Source: Camelus dromedarius
Lineage: Eukaryota
Assembly: GCF_036321535.1 (NCBI RefSeq)
Contig: NC_087437.1
Coordinates: forward strand, 40,674,001-40,738,000
Length of the DNA: 64,000 nt
Direction: 5' to 3'
Position 1 is the first letter of the stretch; the number at the start of each line of letters is the position of its first letter. Under the pieces are notes generated by a model that worked only from the letters and a program-made list of their open reading frames with translations, ran no database searches and had not been told where the DNA came from. The position numbers and the translations under genes were made by a program. Positions 14,255 to 25,497 of this stretch are shown here, piece after piece.

Positions 14255-14396
14255 CACGAAACATACGCATACAAACACCAAGAAGGCACAAGGAAAGGAT
14301 TACTTCCTGACAGAAGGAAACCCAGCCCCAGAGTCACATTTTAAGGTCAGATATGAAAAGACCATGAGGAGGGCCCCATAAGCATTTGGTACTTAC

Positions 14397-14543
14397 GGAC
14401 ACATAGGCTGTCAGGCAGATGACGAGGGAGGCGGTGATAGCATACGGGATGGATGTGTTGGGATTCTTGGCTTCCTCTCCGGTGGTGGCAATGATGTCAA
14501 AGCCAATGAAAGCATAGAAACATGTGGCTGCTCCTTGCATCAC
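14397..14543 (-). CDS. SLC7A14: SLC7A14 coding exon (147 nt; [49 protein letters not shown])
   Basis: Acceptor CCCTACAG|GT, donor TCC|GTAAGT; phase 0-0; CAT TM6 motif [21 protein letters not shown]. Confidence 0.97.
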
Positions 14544-14885
14544 CTGTAGGGATGAAGACATTTGTCACACTCAGTGTCAGGGCAGCACCAGGGCCTGACA
14601 TGTGGTGCCCACAGTTGCCCAGTGCCCGGCAGACACTACTGAGTGGCAGAGGGGTTAACATGGTGGGACTTGTGCTAAACGCTTGAGTTCTCATCGCTAC
14701 TTTCTAGCTGTGTGACTCTGGGAAGTTCCCTCATGTGTAAAATGAAGATAAGGATTATAGCCAAATAAAACTAGGTCACTCAACACATTCAAATCAGTTT
14801 TGGAAATAAGTGGGGTTATGAATAAATAAGTTGGCTATCCCTACATCTTAGGAACTCATTAACTTCTTTGTGCTTTGTTTTCATT

Positions 14886-15045
14886 CAGTGGTTCTCAACC
14901 ACAATCACAGGCTGTATGACTATCCCTAGGGAGTGTTTGGAAATGTGGGGAGGTTCCTGTGACTGTCACAGAGACATGAGGTGGGTGCTTCTGGCATTTA
15001 GTGTAGGAGACTCAGATGCTTTTGTGCAAACTATCCTGCCCAGAT
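14886..15045. mobile_element. MER20-type hAT MITE
   Basis: CAGTGGTTCTCAACC...TTTGGAAATGT...CTGGCATTTAGTGTAGGAG..CAGATGCT. Confidence 0.65.
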
Positions 15046-15864
15046 TACCGTTAGTGACCCTGGTCCATCGTCTCCGTGGCAACTTTCAGGTCTGAAATTG
15101 TATAAAAGGTTTTCTGATCTTCAGACATTCTGTTGTCTTCTATGGGAAGACAGGTAGAGATGATTTGATTTTCCTGCTCTTTTTGGGGGCTTGAGTGACC
15201 TAGTTGGGCTACAAGGCAGGGGAGGAGATGAGTGAGGCCGTGTGAAGCTAGGGAATGGTATCCAGTGACCTTTGCTGGATGTCTATCTCACAGGAGCCCA
15301 TGTGATTCCAAGGATGGTTGGGACTTGACAAGTCAAGAAGTCAGTGAAAATCTTTCACTTAGGAGTCTGTGACTTTCTTCCAAAGAATCTATTGAAGTTT
15401 AAATTATGTTTCCCCCAGTTAGCATTCTTATTATCAGCTGAAAGTAAGAAATGTGCCTCTTTGAATGCTTGGGGATGTCATTCTAGGGGAAGATGAGAGA
15501 GATTTTTCTGGGCTTGTGTTTATGGGGTGAGGGGACTTGGCAACATGCAAGCTCTAGCCAGGGGTCTGGGAGTGAGGCTCCTTATGGACTGGACCATTTT
15601 TTTTTCTTTTCTCCGTATTTAGTTTATAAAGGATAAAATTGTAAACATGTGCCAAGCAGAAACCAGTCCCTAAATTTTCACTCTTACCTTTCCCACTGAC
15701 TTCTCAATAAGTAAAAGACAGAACACTCAGAACTAGAACCCGCAAGGTCATCACAAAATGGAAGGGCATCTCAAACTTCCCAAAGCAACTTTGCCTATCT
15801 GTAAAATGAGTTAGTTTCTTCTATAGTCTTTCCCGTTAGGACTCTAATGTTTCAGTTCTTTAAC

Positions 15865-16560
15865 TGGGGGTTCTCATTCTGGGGTCCACACAATTCAAGG
15901 GGGTCTCAGAATTTTGCTGAGAAAAATTATCTTTTTATTTTCATTAACCTCCACCTGAAGGTTATCACTTCTTTCAGTTATAAGTGTAGGTGACAAACTA
16001 ACAGAACCTGTGACTTTGTCACCAATAAGAATCAGTTTCCTATGATGTTAGTTGTTGCAGACATCTTGAAACACCACTTGTGCTCATTGCTCCTTCCAAT
16101 TTATGATGGTTATTAGATATAGATATTAATCTTTAAAGCACTAATAAAGAAGCACATTGTTATATCACAATTTAAAAATATTTTTACAACTATTTTTCAG
16201 TATACAGTTAACCCTTGAACAACGTGGGGGTTAGGGGTGCGACCCCAGCATGGTCGAAAATTCACTTACAGTGGCCCTCTGTATCCATGGTTCCTCCATG
16301 TACTCAGTTCCTCTGTGTATGTGATTCTGTATCTGTGGATTCAACCAACCCCTGGCCAGTGAAGTACCATAGTATTTACTATTTTAAAAAATCCACTCAA
16401 GTGGAACAGCTCAGTTCAAACTCGTGTTGTTCATGGGTCAACTGTAATGGATTTCTTTGAAACTCCTATGTAATTAGATTATTCATTTATAAACACAGTC
16501 ATCAAAAGGGGGTGCATAGGCTTCACCAGGCTGTCGAGGAATCCACAGCACACACGCATA
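15865..16560. mobile_element. Older hAT-Charlie-type element interrupted by the Tigger MITE
   Basis: GGGGTTCTCATTCTGGGGTCCAC start; sequence resumes after 16446 with AAGGGGGTGCATAGGCTTCACCAG. Confidence 0.5.
16205..16444. mobile_element. Tigger2-family (MER8/Tigger2a-like) TcMar MITE, 240 bp
   Basis: TIRs CAGTTAACCCTTGAACAAC / GTTGTTCATGGGTCAACTG with TA duplications on both sides. Confidence 0.88.
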
Positions 16561-19500
16561 AAAAATATCTGTGAATGCCTTATCTATTCTAATAACTCAG
16601 GCAGAAAGAACTTCTCAAACCAGCAGTTGACACCAGAGGGCTACTTTCTGGGAGAGGTGATAACCCCCAATTTCACTCCAGTGAAGTCCTTCACTTTAGG
16701 ACTTGGGAAGTGTCTTTGATCTCTAGACAAGGAGATCAGACAGATCTCACCTTATTGTACACGGAGGTTCACAGATTTGGAAACGTGCTTGTTCTCATTT
16801 GTCTAAAAGATGTTTCTGGTGTTCAAGGATGAATGGATTCTGGGGTTCCAGGCTCGCTAAGTGGCCACAATCAAGGAAAGCTTTGCTTAAAGACAGCTTT
16901 CAGAATACAGGTCCTGCTTTCTCTTCCTTTAGCATCTTTCTTGCCTTAAACACATACACACACATACACACAACTCTTGTAAATCATATAGTGACCTTTT
17001 ATGACAATCAGTCTGATGATGCATTGCTCCCAATTAGGACATCCCAGGTCTACAGTGCCATGCCAACTTGGTGTGATCAGTTCTGGATGGAAAGGTTACT
17101 GACACTAGAAGAGGTCCCTGCTGAGGACAGAAGGGTGGGGAGGTGCTAAATAAGAACTTAGGGCCAAGCTACCCTAGAAAAAAGTGAGAGGTCTGTAAAC
17201 CATGCCATATGAAGAATAACTGAACAGTTGGGGATATCTAACTTGAAGAGAAGACTCAGTGGAAGATGCCTCCAGACAGAATTGGAGGGACACTTCCCAG
17301 TTTTGAAGTATGGACTGTGTAGCAGCTGGAGGAGAGGTACACTGTAGGCTGCAGAGGGAATCCCACGGCCATGCATATGGGTGGGATAGGATTTGGTTAG
17401 GAGTGCAGATTTTGTAGACTGTCAGACCTAGGTTAGTTCTGTCACATACTAGTTTGGTGACCTAGAACAAATTCCTCACCCCTTGAGAGCTCATTTTCTT
17501 TATCACTTATATGGAGATAAAAATCGTATTTATTTAGCTCATTGGTTTGTTACAAGGATTAAATGAGATAATATAGTCAACCACAGTCATAGAATACAGT
17601 CGGTACTTACAAATATTGCTCTTATTAGCAATATTTTTATTACTGTTGTAAGTTTTTCTAGAACAGATGAACCTAAGGGCACAAACAGATTCCTCCTCTT
17701 CTTCCTCCTCCTTATTACTTTTCTTTTAAACTTCACACGCATTTTATTAACTGCTTCCATGAACCAGGAACTGTGCTTGGTGGTGTGGATGCAGTCAAAT
17801 GCAAAAGTACTCTGGACTTGACCCGCTGGGGCTTGGAGCCTAGAGGACATTGCAGGACTCAAAATGTAACCTCGACTGTGGTAACAGACTGAACAAGATT
17901 AATAGAGACTATGTATTTGTAAAACACAGACGCTACTATTTCCCAAATGAGTGAAAGAATAGATGGCAATCACTGATAATGATTAGATACCAGAAACTTA
18001 ACTATGGTCAAGTTGGGAAGAGAGAGAATAAGTTTTGGAAGAGAAAGAAGAAGTTTGCAAAGAGAAGGTCTGTTAGCTTGAATTTGCTTATGTAGAGCTC
18101 GAAAGCAATTGAGGCTGAAGAGTGACTGAACGGATGTCAAAGAGCTAGAGGTTCTGTGATAGGCAGAACACGAAGTTTCACTCGGATGGTGCAGATGAAA
18201 TGGTTTCAGTGAAGGGGCTCTAGGAGTCAGGCCAGGAGGGCCTGAGGAAGAAATACCTCTGCCTCGTTTTCTCACCTTCTGATCTCCTGGTGATGTCTCC
18301 CACTGGCTAAGCCCAACAGGAAGCAACCAGCAAGGGGTCTTCTGGGGGACAGAACAGAGCCTGAGGGGTAGAGAGCGGGTGGAAGAAATGGAGGAAAACC
18401 AGCACACCTGCCAAGATCAAACAGACCCTGGCCTAATGAGATACAGATTAAATAAACAGATTATCAAAGAGAAGATAATACAATCAGCAAATAGGCTCAC
18501 CTTTTTACTGAAGTTAGTTTGAATGAGTTTTTCTTCCTTGCAAGCAAATGATCCCTGACTGGTAACTACAAAAGAACCATGAAATGAAACTGTGTATGGG
18601 TGTGTCTCTACCCAAATAACCACTGACACTGCTTTCACTTCACCTTTTCCAGATCGCAGATCTGGCCTCTGGCATTTATGATTAGGATACCTTTCCATGC
18701 CTGAAAGAACGTGTGGTACCAACGGGTGAGCATCTGTGAATAAAAGTGGTGGGTGAAGTGTGTGTGCATGTATGTGTGTGTTTCTGGGTAAGTCGGTACT
18801 TTATCCTAACTTTCCTTTAATGTTTTATGTAAATAAAAAACAGTATTGATTTTCTAATTTGGTGACATAAATGGCAATTTTATTCCAAAATCAACCTGGT
18901 AGCTGCTCAGCTGGGTGATCCAGGTCTGTCCTCCCCTCTACAGAGCTTTGTGGGGAAGCAGCTCATGTCTCAATTGCTGGAGGGCTGCTACTTAATTAGT
19001 TGTCAAAAGAGTGTCATTTGTGGCCTGCTACTCAGTGTCTGGAATCCCTAAAAGCTGTCCCCTGTGCCTTGCTGATGTTTGAGAGGCATTAGGGTGAGGC
19101 AGCTCTCCATATTCTGCCTTGGCGGGTCTGCCAGATGCCTAGGAAAAAATTAGGCACTTTTATGTAATTTGGTCCCCAGGTAACAAGACAAAACTCCAAC
19201 TTTAACAGCATTTCCTACCACTCTCATTCTCCAGATCTATTAGCAGCCTGTCCACAGCGACAGTGGAATGTGCTAATAGGTTCCAACAAGTGGATTCAAA
19301 TGTGGAGACATGGAAAACAACTTTTCCTTTGTTTGGAGGCTGTCAGCATTCCCCACAAATACTTGCTCTGAACTGTTTTCCTGGGAGCTATTTGTGCTGG
19401 TGGAGAGTCTTGTTTGGTTAAAGAGAAGCCGTAAGATAGCATCAAGAACAAATAACATACAGCGAATACACATCCAACAATGTTCAGGGGCTGAGGAATT

Positions 19501-22500
19501 GCAGATGGAAGCAGGGGTTCAGCCGAGGGCCAGCAGTTACTTGATATAGGGGAAGAAGTGTTTGTTGTTCTTAAGCTCTTCAAGACCAAAGAAGCATTTG
19601 ACCCAGAACCTGTAAGTGAGTAAACCATTCCTTAAGTTATTTTCTTTGGAAGGAAGTGGTTGGAACAGTGAAAGAGTAGGTTTCTGAGGGGTCCATGGCC
19701 AGAGGACAGATTGCTCATTAACTCTTTCAAAGTCCTTGAGACTTGTGTTTCAAGTCATGTCACAGTGTCCTTATAAACCATTCCCTCCACAGTGGTTCCC
19801 TCCATCCCATACTACCTGAAGGGGTTGAAGAATAAAGTGGGTTGGAACTCTGAAATGGTCCCCTTGCCAGGTAGGGGTCAGGTTTTCCCTCAGGAGTGAA
19901 GTTCACGCAGCTGCCAAGTAGACAACTCACTTTTGTTGACAATTATTCGATAACAGAGTAGGGAGTGTGTTTGTTCACTTGGTGGATGGCATGCTCATGA
20001 AAAGGTGTCAGACCTTAAAAAATAGCATCTGTATTCAAAGTGGCCTTGCTGGACCGGAAAATTGACCTGAAACCAAAGCTGAGAAAGAACAGGTCTAGGC
20101 AGTTTGCTGGGGGGGAAATGTACACTGCAGAGATCCAAGGCCAGGCAGATAGCAGACAGGATGAGTCAGCATCATCTTCCCACTGGGCTGTCCTTTGTGC
20201 TCAGATGATGTTTTTAGTCACAGCCACTGGGACATATATTTGAATTTCCTGCAGGGAAAATGGATTGGCAAAGAATAATCCAAAATCTCAGCCAGCTTTT
20301 TGGGTGGCCAATGACAAGCCTCCTCCAGGTAGCAGGCTTGGGTTAGAGTGAGGTCAGTGGCCAAAGGTGCAGAAAAAGACAGTTGGTCTCACATATCCAA
20401 ACCCAGGGGTAGAGGAATAAATAAAGGCTTTTGCTCATCCAAGACTGGCATTGAATCTCAACTCTGTTATGATCTAGATTTGTGACTTAACTTTTCTAAA
20501 CTTCAGTTATTTTGATGTACAACTGGAGATCATTGTACTTGTCTTGCAGGGCTGTGGTGAAGATTAAATGAAAAGTATATATGAAAGAGTGTGTCATAAG
20601 GAAGGCTGTGTTAGGGATGGCATCCTTCCTTTCTTTTTTATGCCTGATTTCTGATCTTCTTCTCTTGCTGCAGAAGCTAGTGAGAACCTGGAATTGGGTA
20701 GATGAGGACCCCTTAAGCTCAGCTTGATCAGCTCCTTCCTTAATGAGGCAGCTCCCGACTGAGTAAAGATGTGAAGCCCCTGAGGAGGAGAGGAGACCCC
20801 GTAAGGGAAATAAAGACCCCAGAACAAAGAACAAAGGGAAAGTCTCAAAGACTTGCTCATCTTCTTCAGCATGGGCAGAGGGTATTCACACAGAGCATAT
20901 TAGCTCTTTCTAGTCTTCACATGGGGCCTAGACTACAGTGTGTACCATTTAAATAGGCTTGTTAGGAAAAGTCTGAAAATTAAACATGATCTGAGTAATT
21001 AAAAAAAGTTTTCAAATTGCTCTGATATGATGTGTCAGTAAACAATGCACGTTTGGCCTGAGCCAGCTTAATTATACTCCCATCTGATAAAAGCCTAGAC
21101 CATCCATTGCTTTAATGCTTCTCCCAGCTCCCATACTCTAAGACTTTGTGAAGGCTTGAAGGAAATGAAAATGAAACCTGTCAGATTAATTACCATATTA
21201 CTTTTTTTTTTTTTTTTTAAAGAAAGGCTCAGAAAGGAGGGGTCATCATACACGAGGCTCTCAATGTAGTAGAAGGGGCTTTAGAGCCATATATACAGCT
21301 GGGTGGGGATTTCAGTCCTGGCACCGACTAGCTAAGTGACTTCAGGCAAGATATCCAGCCTCTCTGAGCCTTGGATTCTCCATCTGTAAGTTTGGGGATA
21401 GCAGCACCTTCTGTAAAGTTTTGATATCCATGGAGTACAAAGCTGGGCACCCAGCAGGTATGGACGAATGCGAGCTCCTTACTCCCAATGTGATCGCTAT
21501 TGCAAACCACACAATGTGCACATGAAAACATCTAAGATTTTATTCTTTTTTTTCCAAATATTTGGTGCAATTAGTTTTATCACTTGATAGATGAGGAAAC
21601 CTGAAAGTACAGAAGTTAACTGTTGGCCAAAGTCTTACAGTAAGTCCATGACCCAGTAATTTTTACGTTGTTAAGAAAATGGTGAGAACACTTTCATGTG
21701 CTATGATGAAAATGCAACTGAGTTTCGGGAAAACATTCTTTCTTTGTCAGTCTTATAATTTGTTGTTTCTCTTATTTGATAGGAAAGGAACAATTTGTAT
21801 CATAAAAAAATATAGACTTGGGAACCCAGAATGGGGTCATCAACAGTGTTTCTTTGTCTCTGCTTCTGGTTCTAACCAGTTTCAGGATTTATTCATTTTC
21901 ATGGAGGAGGGATGAACTCCATGGTCCTGTGGAATTCTTACAGATAAGCGGAAGACTAGAAATCTTGGCTTAAATTGCTTCCTTGTTTTCTTTCTCTGCA
22001 TTGAACAGTGTGGCATAGTTTAAAATACACAGAAGTTACTTTGAGTGTTCTCCAAAAGTGATTTCTGGTCCCTGGACCTCTTCAAGAAAAACCAGCCTAA
22101 GCAAAAGCTACAAAAGCAAGACTGGTGGAATCCTGCATGGGCTTCTGTCATGGATCCTGGGAGGCTTTGCATCTCTTGGTCTCAGTTTCTTTACCTGTTA
22201 AATGAGGGCATGGGACCAGGTGACCTAAGATCCGTTCTAGCTCAAAATTCTCTGATTTATGTTCTACTGTTAAAAAAAAAAAAGAATGAGCTGGTGAATA
22301 TTACCAATAAATCCATAAAGTAAGAATCTTAGTCATACTAGGGAAAGAATCCGGGTACATCTTAGAACTAGTGCTCATTAGCATAAAGAATTTCCGCTCT
22401 GACCTTCCCATTTTTCTTTAGCAGAAACCACACCACCCTATCACAGGGATGAGACTAAAAATATCCTTTTGGTTCAGCACACTCTCTCGCCAACCCCCAG

Positions 22501-23242
22501 ACCACACCAGGTGGACTTCTCTGCTGTAGACCACACCACTGGAATGGGATCTATACCCAGTGCTCACTGGGCCTGCTCATCTGCCTTCTGACTGCAGTGG
22601 GACTCCCCACCTTGGGTCAAACGTTGAGATTAGATTTAAAAGCTGTTTTTTTCGTAGTTCCATTCCCAAGCAACATTCATCCCTTCCTCACCCGTCCACT
22701 GACCTGGCATCCTATACTGCGTTGCCTATTTATGGACTGTCTGTCCCTCTGAATAGACTGTAGAGAGATTCTAAATGACTGAGCAGTTCATGTACAGGCT
22801 TTGGAGTCAGACAGTCGTGGCATTGGGTCCTGACTTGGGCACTTATACTGTGTGTTTAATAGCAAGCCATTTGACCTCTCTGAGGGTGAGTTTTTTCCTC
22901 TGTAAGACTATAATGTAAATATTTTCCTTGTGCAGTTATTAGGAAGATTAAATGACGTATTATATGCAGAGCACCTACTGTAGTATTAGGCATATGGCAA
23001 GTGACCAATACTTCAAATTTGTATAAAATAAGATCTCAAGGAATGTTTGTGAAACAAACAAATAAATTTAAAAAGAACCACTTCTTTGGGACATTCCAAT
23101 TAAATTCAGATAAAAGGTGTTGGAGAGGGTGCCATGAAGATGATGAGACAAGCAGCATTTTCTTGAAAATATGTTTTAGACTAGTCACAGGGTGGAAGGC
23201 AGAGCATGCATCAGGTACACCAGGATGTAGGAATGGACTCAC

Positions 23243-23460
23243 CCCTGACCAGCCGTGGGGCAAGAACTGGCCTCCAGCCCAGTGCTTCCCACTGATGAAG
23301 AAGAAGCCTGCAATCATGATGAACACCCACACGGCCAGGTTCAGCACGTTGAGCACATTGTTGAAGCCCACAGAATTCTTCACCCCCAGTGCGACAATGA
23401 TGGTGACGACAATCGCGATCACCAGAGCCAGAAGGTCCGGGTACGACTGCTCTCCTTTCC
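23243..23460 (-). CDS. SLC7A14: SLC7A14 coding exon (218 nt; GKGEQSYPDLLALVIAIVVTIIVALGVKNS...FLPHGWSG)
   Basis: Acceptor TTTCCCCTCTAG|GG, donor GGG|GTGAGT; phase 1-0; two hydrophobic helices. Confidence 0.96.
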
Positions 23461-24737
23461 CTAGAGGGGAAAGATGTGGGTTAATATTGTCTAGGGGGAA
23501 AAAGGCCATGCAGACTCCCAGGCCCACCCAAGTGCATCTGTACTCAGCTCTGAGAAGGGTGGTCAGTTTGTCATGGAGGGAGATGGAACTCTGTGTGTGT
23601 GTGCACGTGTGTGTGCATGTGTGTGCGTGTGCGGGAACCTCCACTGTGGTCCACAAGTGTCTATTTGCATATGGGAAGGTTTTGGTATATAGGTGAGATG
23701 ACCTGATATCCTGGACCAAAAATTGGGGTGCTTGATATGACAATTACAGCAGTGCCTATGGAACCAAGTCATAGAACATGTCAAGTCAGGACTGTCCCGG
23801 GACATTCAGATGCATATATGGGTCTAACACGTTATTTGAACCATTTTATCTTCATTGTTGTTTACTTTATAGCCCATACATTTTCCATTTTATTCCATCA
23901 GTCTTCTCTTTATTAGCAAATTTTAAAATAAGTGTCTTTGAAAATTATTGGAAGAAGGGTGTCCTTTCCATTTGTGTGTACATGGTTGCAGAGAAAATCA
24001 CCAGTGAACGTGCCCCGCCTGCTTGGTCTTGTCTGTTGGTCAGTGGACTCCTGCCCTCTATAGAGTGGAAACGGCACTGCCTCGGCAGTCAGCCTCCTGC
24101 GTTTCAGCTGGACCCTTGCCTCTAACCAGCTGTGTGGCCTTGGGCCAGTGCCTCCTTTCTCTGGATGTCATCTGTAAAGTGAAAGAGTTCAGCTGCCTGA
24201 TTTTGGAGGACCCTTTCAGACCTGAAATTCTGTGAAATCAGTATACTGAGAAAATGTGGTCTTTGTATTTTTTATCTTCTCATGATATCTGGGTGCTCAA
24301 CATTTCAGTCAATTCTTCTGAGATAGGGACACCAGTCAAGTGACTTGCACACAGCCACTGAATTAGTCCCTGGAAGTTCTGGGGAAGACCCCAGAGTTTC
24401 CTTATCTACTGTGTAGCTTCCCATGAATGTAAAGGGATAGTTATCAGGATGGAAGGTGGGTGGCAGACCTGAAGCCTCAAGGTATTTGTTATGTGAGCTT
24501 CTGATTGTTTGGTATTCACTCATTTTGTTTCTTTTAAAAATATATTTTCTCATTCAAAAATTAATGTGTGCTTGTTTTTGAACAATTTAAAAAATCTTCC
24601 GATGAAACCACTGGAGAAGTTCCTTACAGTTCTTTTTTCTCCGTTAGTTTTATTTTTATATAGTTATTAACATGATGCACATACAGTTTGTATCCTTTGT
24701 CATACAGCATTACATCTAAAACATACTCCATGTTTTT

Positions 24738-24935
24738 TTTTTTTTTGAAAAAATTTTCAAGCATTTTTATTTATTTATTGTCATATTATTTTAGGGTTTT
24801 TTTTTTTTTTTTTTTTTGGCTGGGGTGGGGAAGGTAATTAGGTTTATTTATTTTTAATGAAGGTACTGAGGATTGAACCCAGGAACTTGTGCATGCCAAG
24901 CATGTGCTCTACCACTTGAGCTATACCCTTCCCCC
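24738..24935 (-). mobile_element. Full-length camelid tRNA-derived SINE (Vic-1-like) with extra 3' segment and second poly(A)
   Basis: Minus strand GGGGGAAGGGTATAGCTCAAGTGGTAGAGCAC...GGGTTCAATCC (A and B boxes); two A-tails; 16-bp TSD CATACTCCATGTTTTT at 24722-24737 and 24936-24951. Confidence 0.9.
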
Positions 24936-25260
24936 CATACTCCATGTTTTTACAACAGTCTTCCTGGTCATCCTTTTAGTTGCTAGCTACATAACACACT
25001 ACCATAATTTACTTAATTGTTTGCTCCACTGTAGAATACTTAAGCTGTTTCTGATTTTTTTTGTTATTATAAATAAGGCTGGGATGCACATCTTTTCATA
25101 TAAAGCTTTTATGGGAATTTATAGGGGAAGAACACTTGGCAAAAAAAAAAAAAAAGGTATTTAAGGCCCTGGACACATTTTGCCAGATTGCACCCTGAAG
25201 GAGGACCCCGTTTATTTGGCTAAGTTCGCACGTTGGGGTTAGAGGATGTGGCAGTCTCAC

Positions 25261-25497
25261 CCAGGCCGTTGAGGGTTCCCACACTGTCCACCATCCAGCG
25301 GCTGATGGTGTGGTTGGTCAGGGAGTCAAACATGCTGCTCAGAGCACTGGCGCCCGCCGCAGTGCCAATCAGGTACTCCAGGATGAGGTTCCAGCCAATG
25401 AAGAATGCCACGAATTCCCCCACAGTGACGTAGCTGTAGGTGTAGGCCGACCCGGTGGTCTTGGGGACACGGACTCCGAACTCTGCATAGCAGACGC
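25261..25497 (-). CDS. SLC7A14: SLC7A14 coding exon (237 nt; [42 protein letters not shown]...GTLNGL/G)
   Basis: Acceptor CCATGCAG|GC, donor TGG|GTGAGA; phase 1-1; canonical CAT motif [25 protein letters not shown]. Confidence 0.97.

Noticed and set aside
23001..23696. 231-aa + strand ORF antisense to an SLC7A14 exon
   Set aside because: Starts at GTG, overlaps the real exon on the opposite strand and includes a TG microsatellite (CVCVHVCV); consistent with an antisense shadow; no recognisable domain.
24865..24935. tRNA-Ala-like sequence as a tRNA gene
   Set aside because: It is the head of the SINE, continuing into the SINE tail, poly(A) and TSD.
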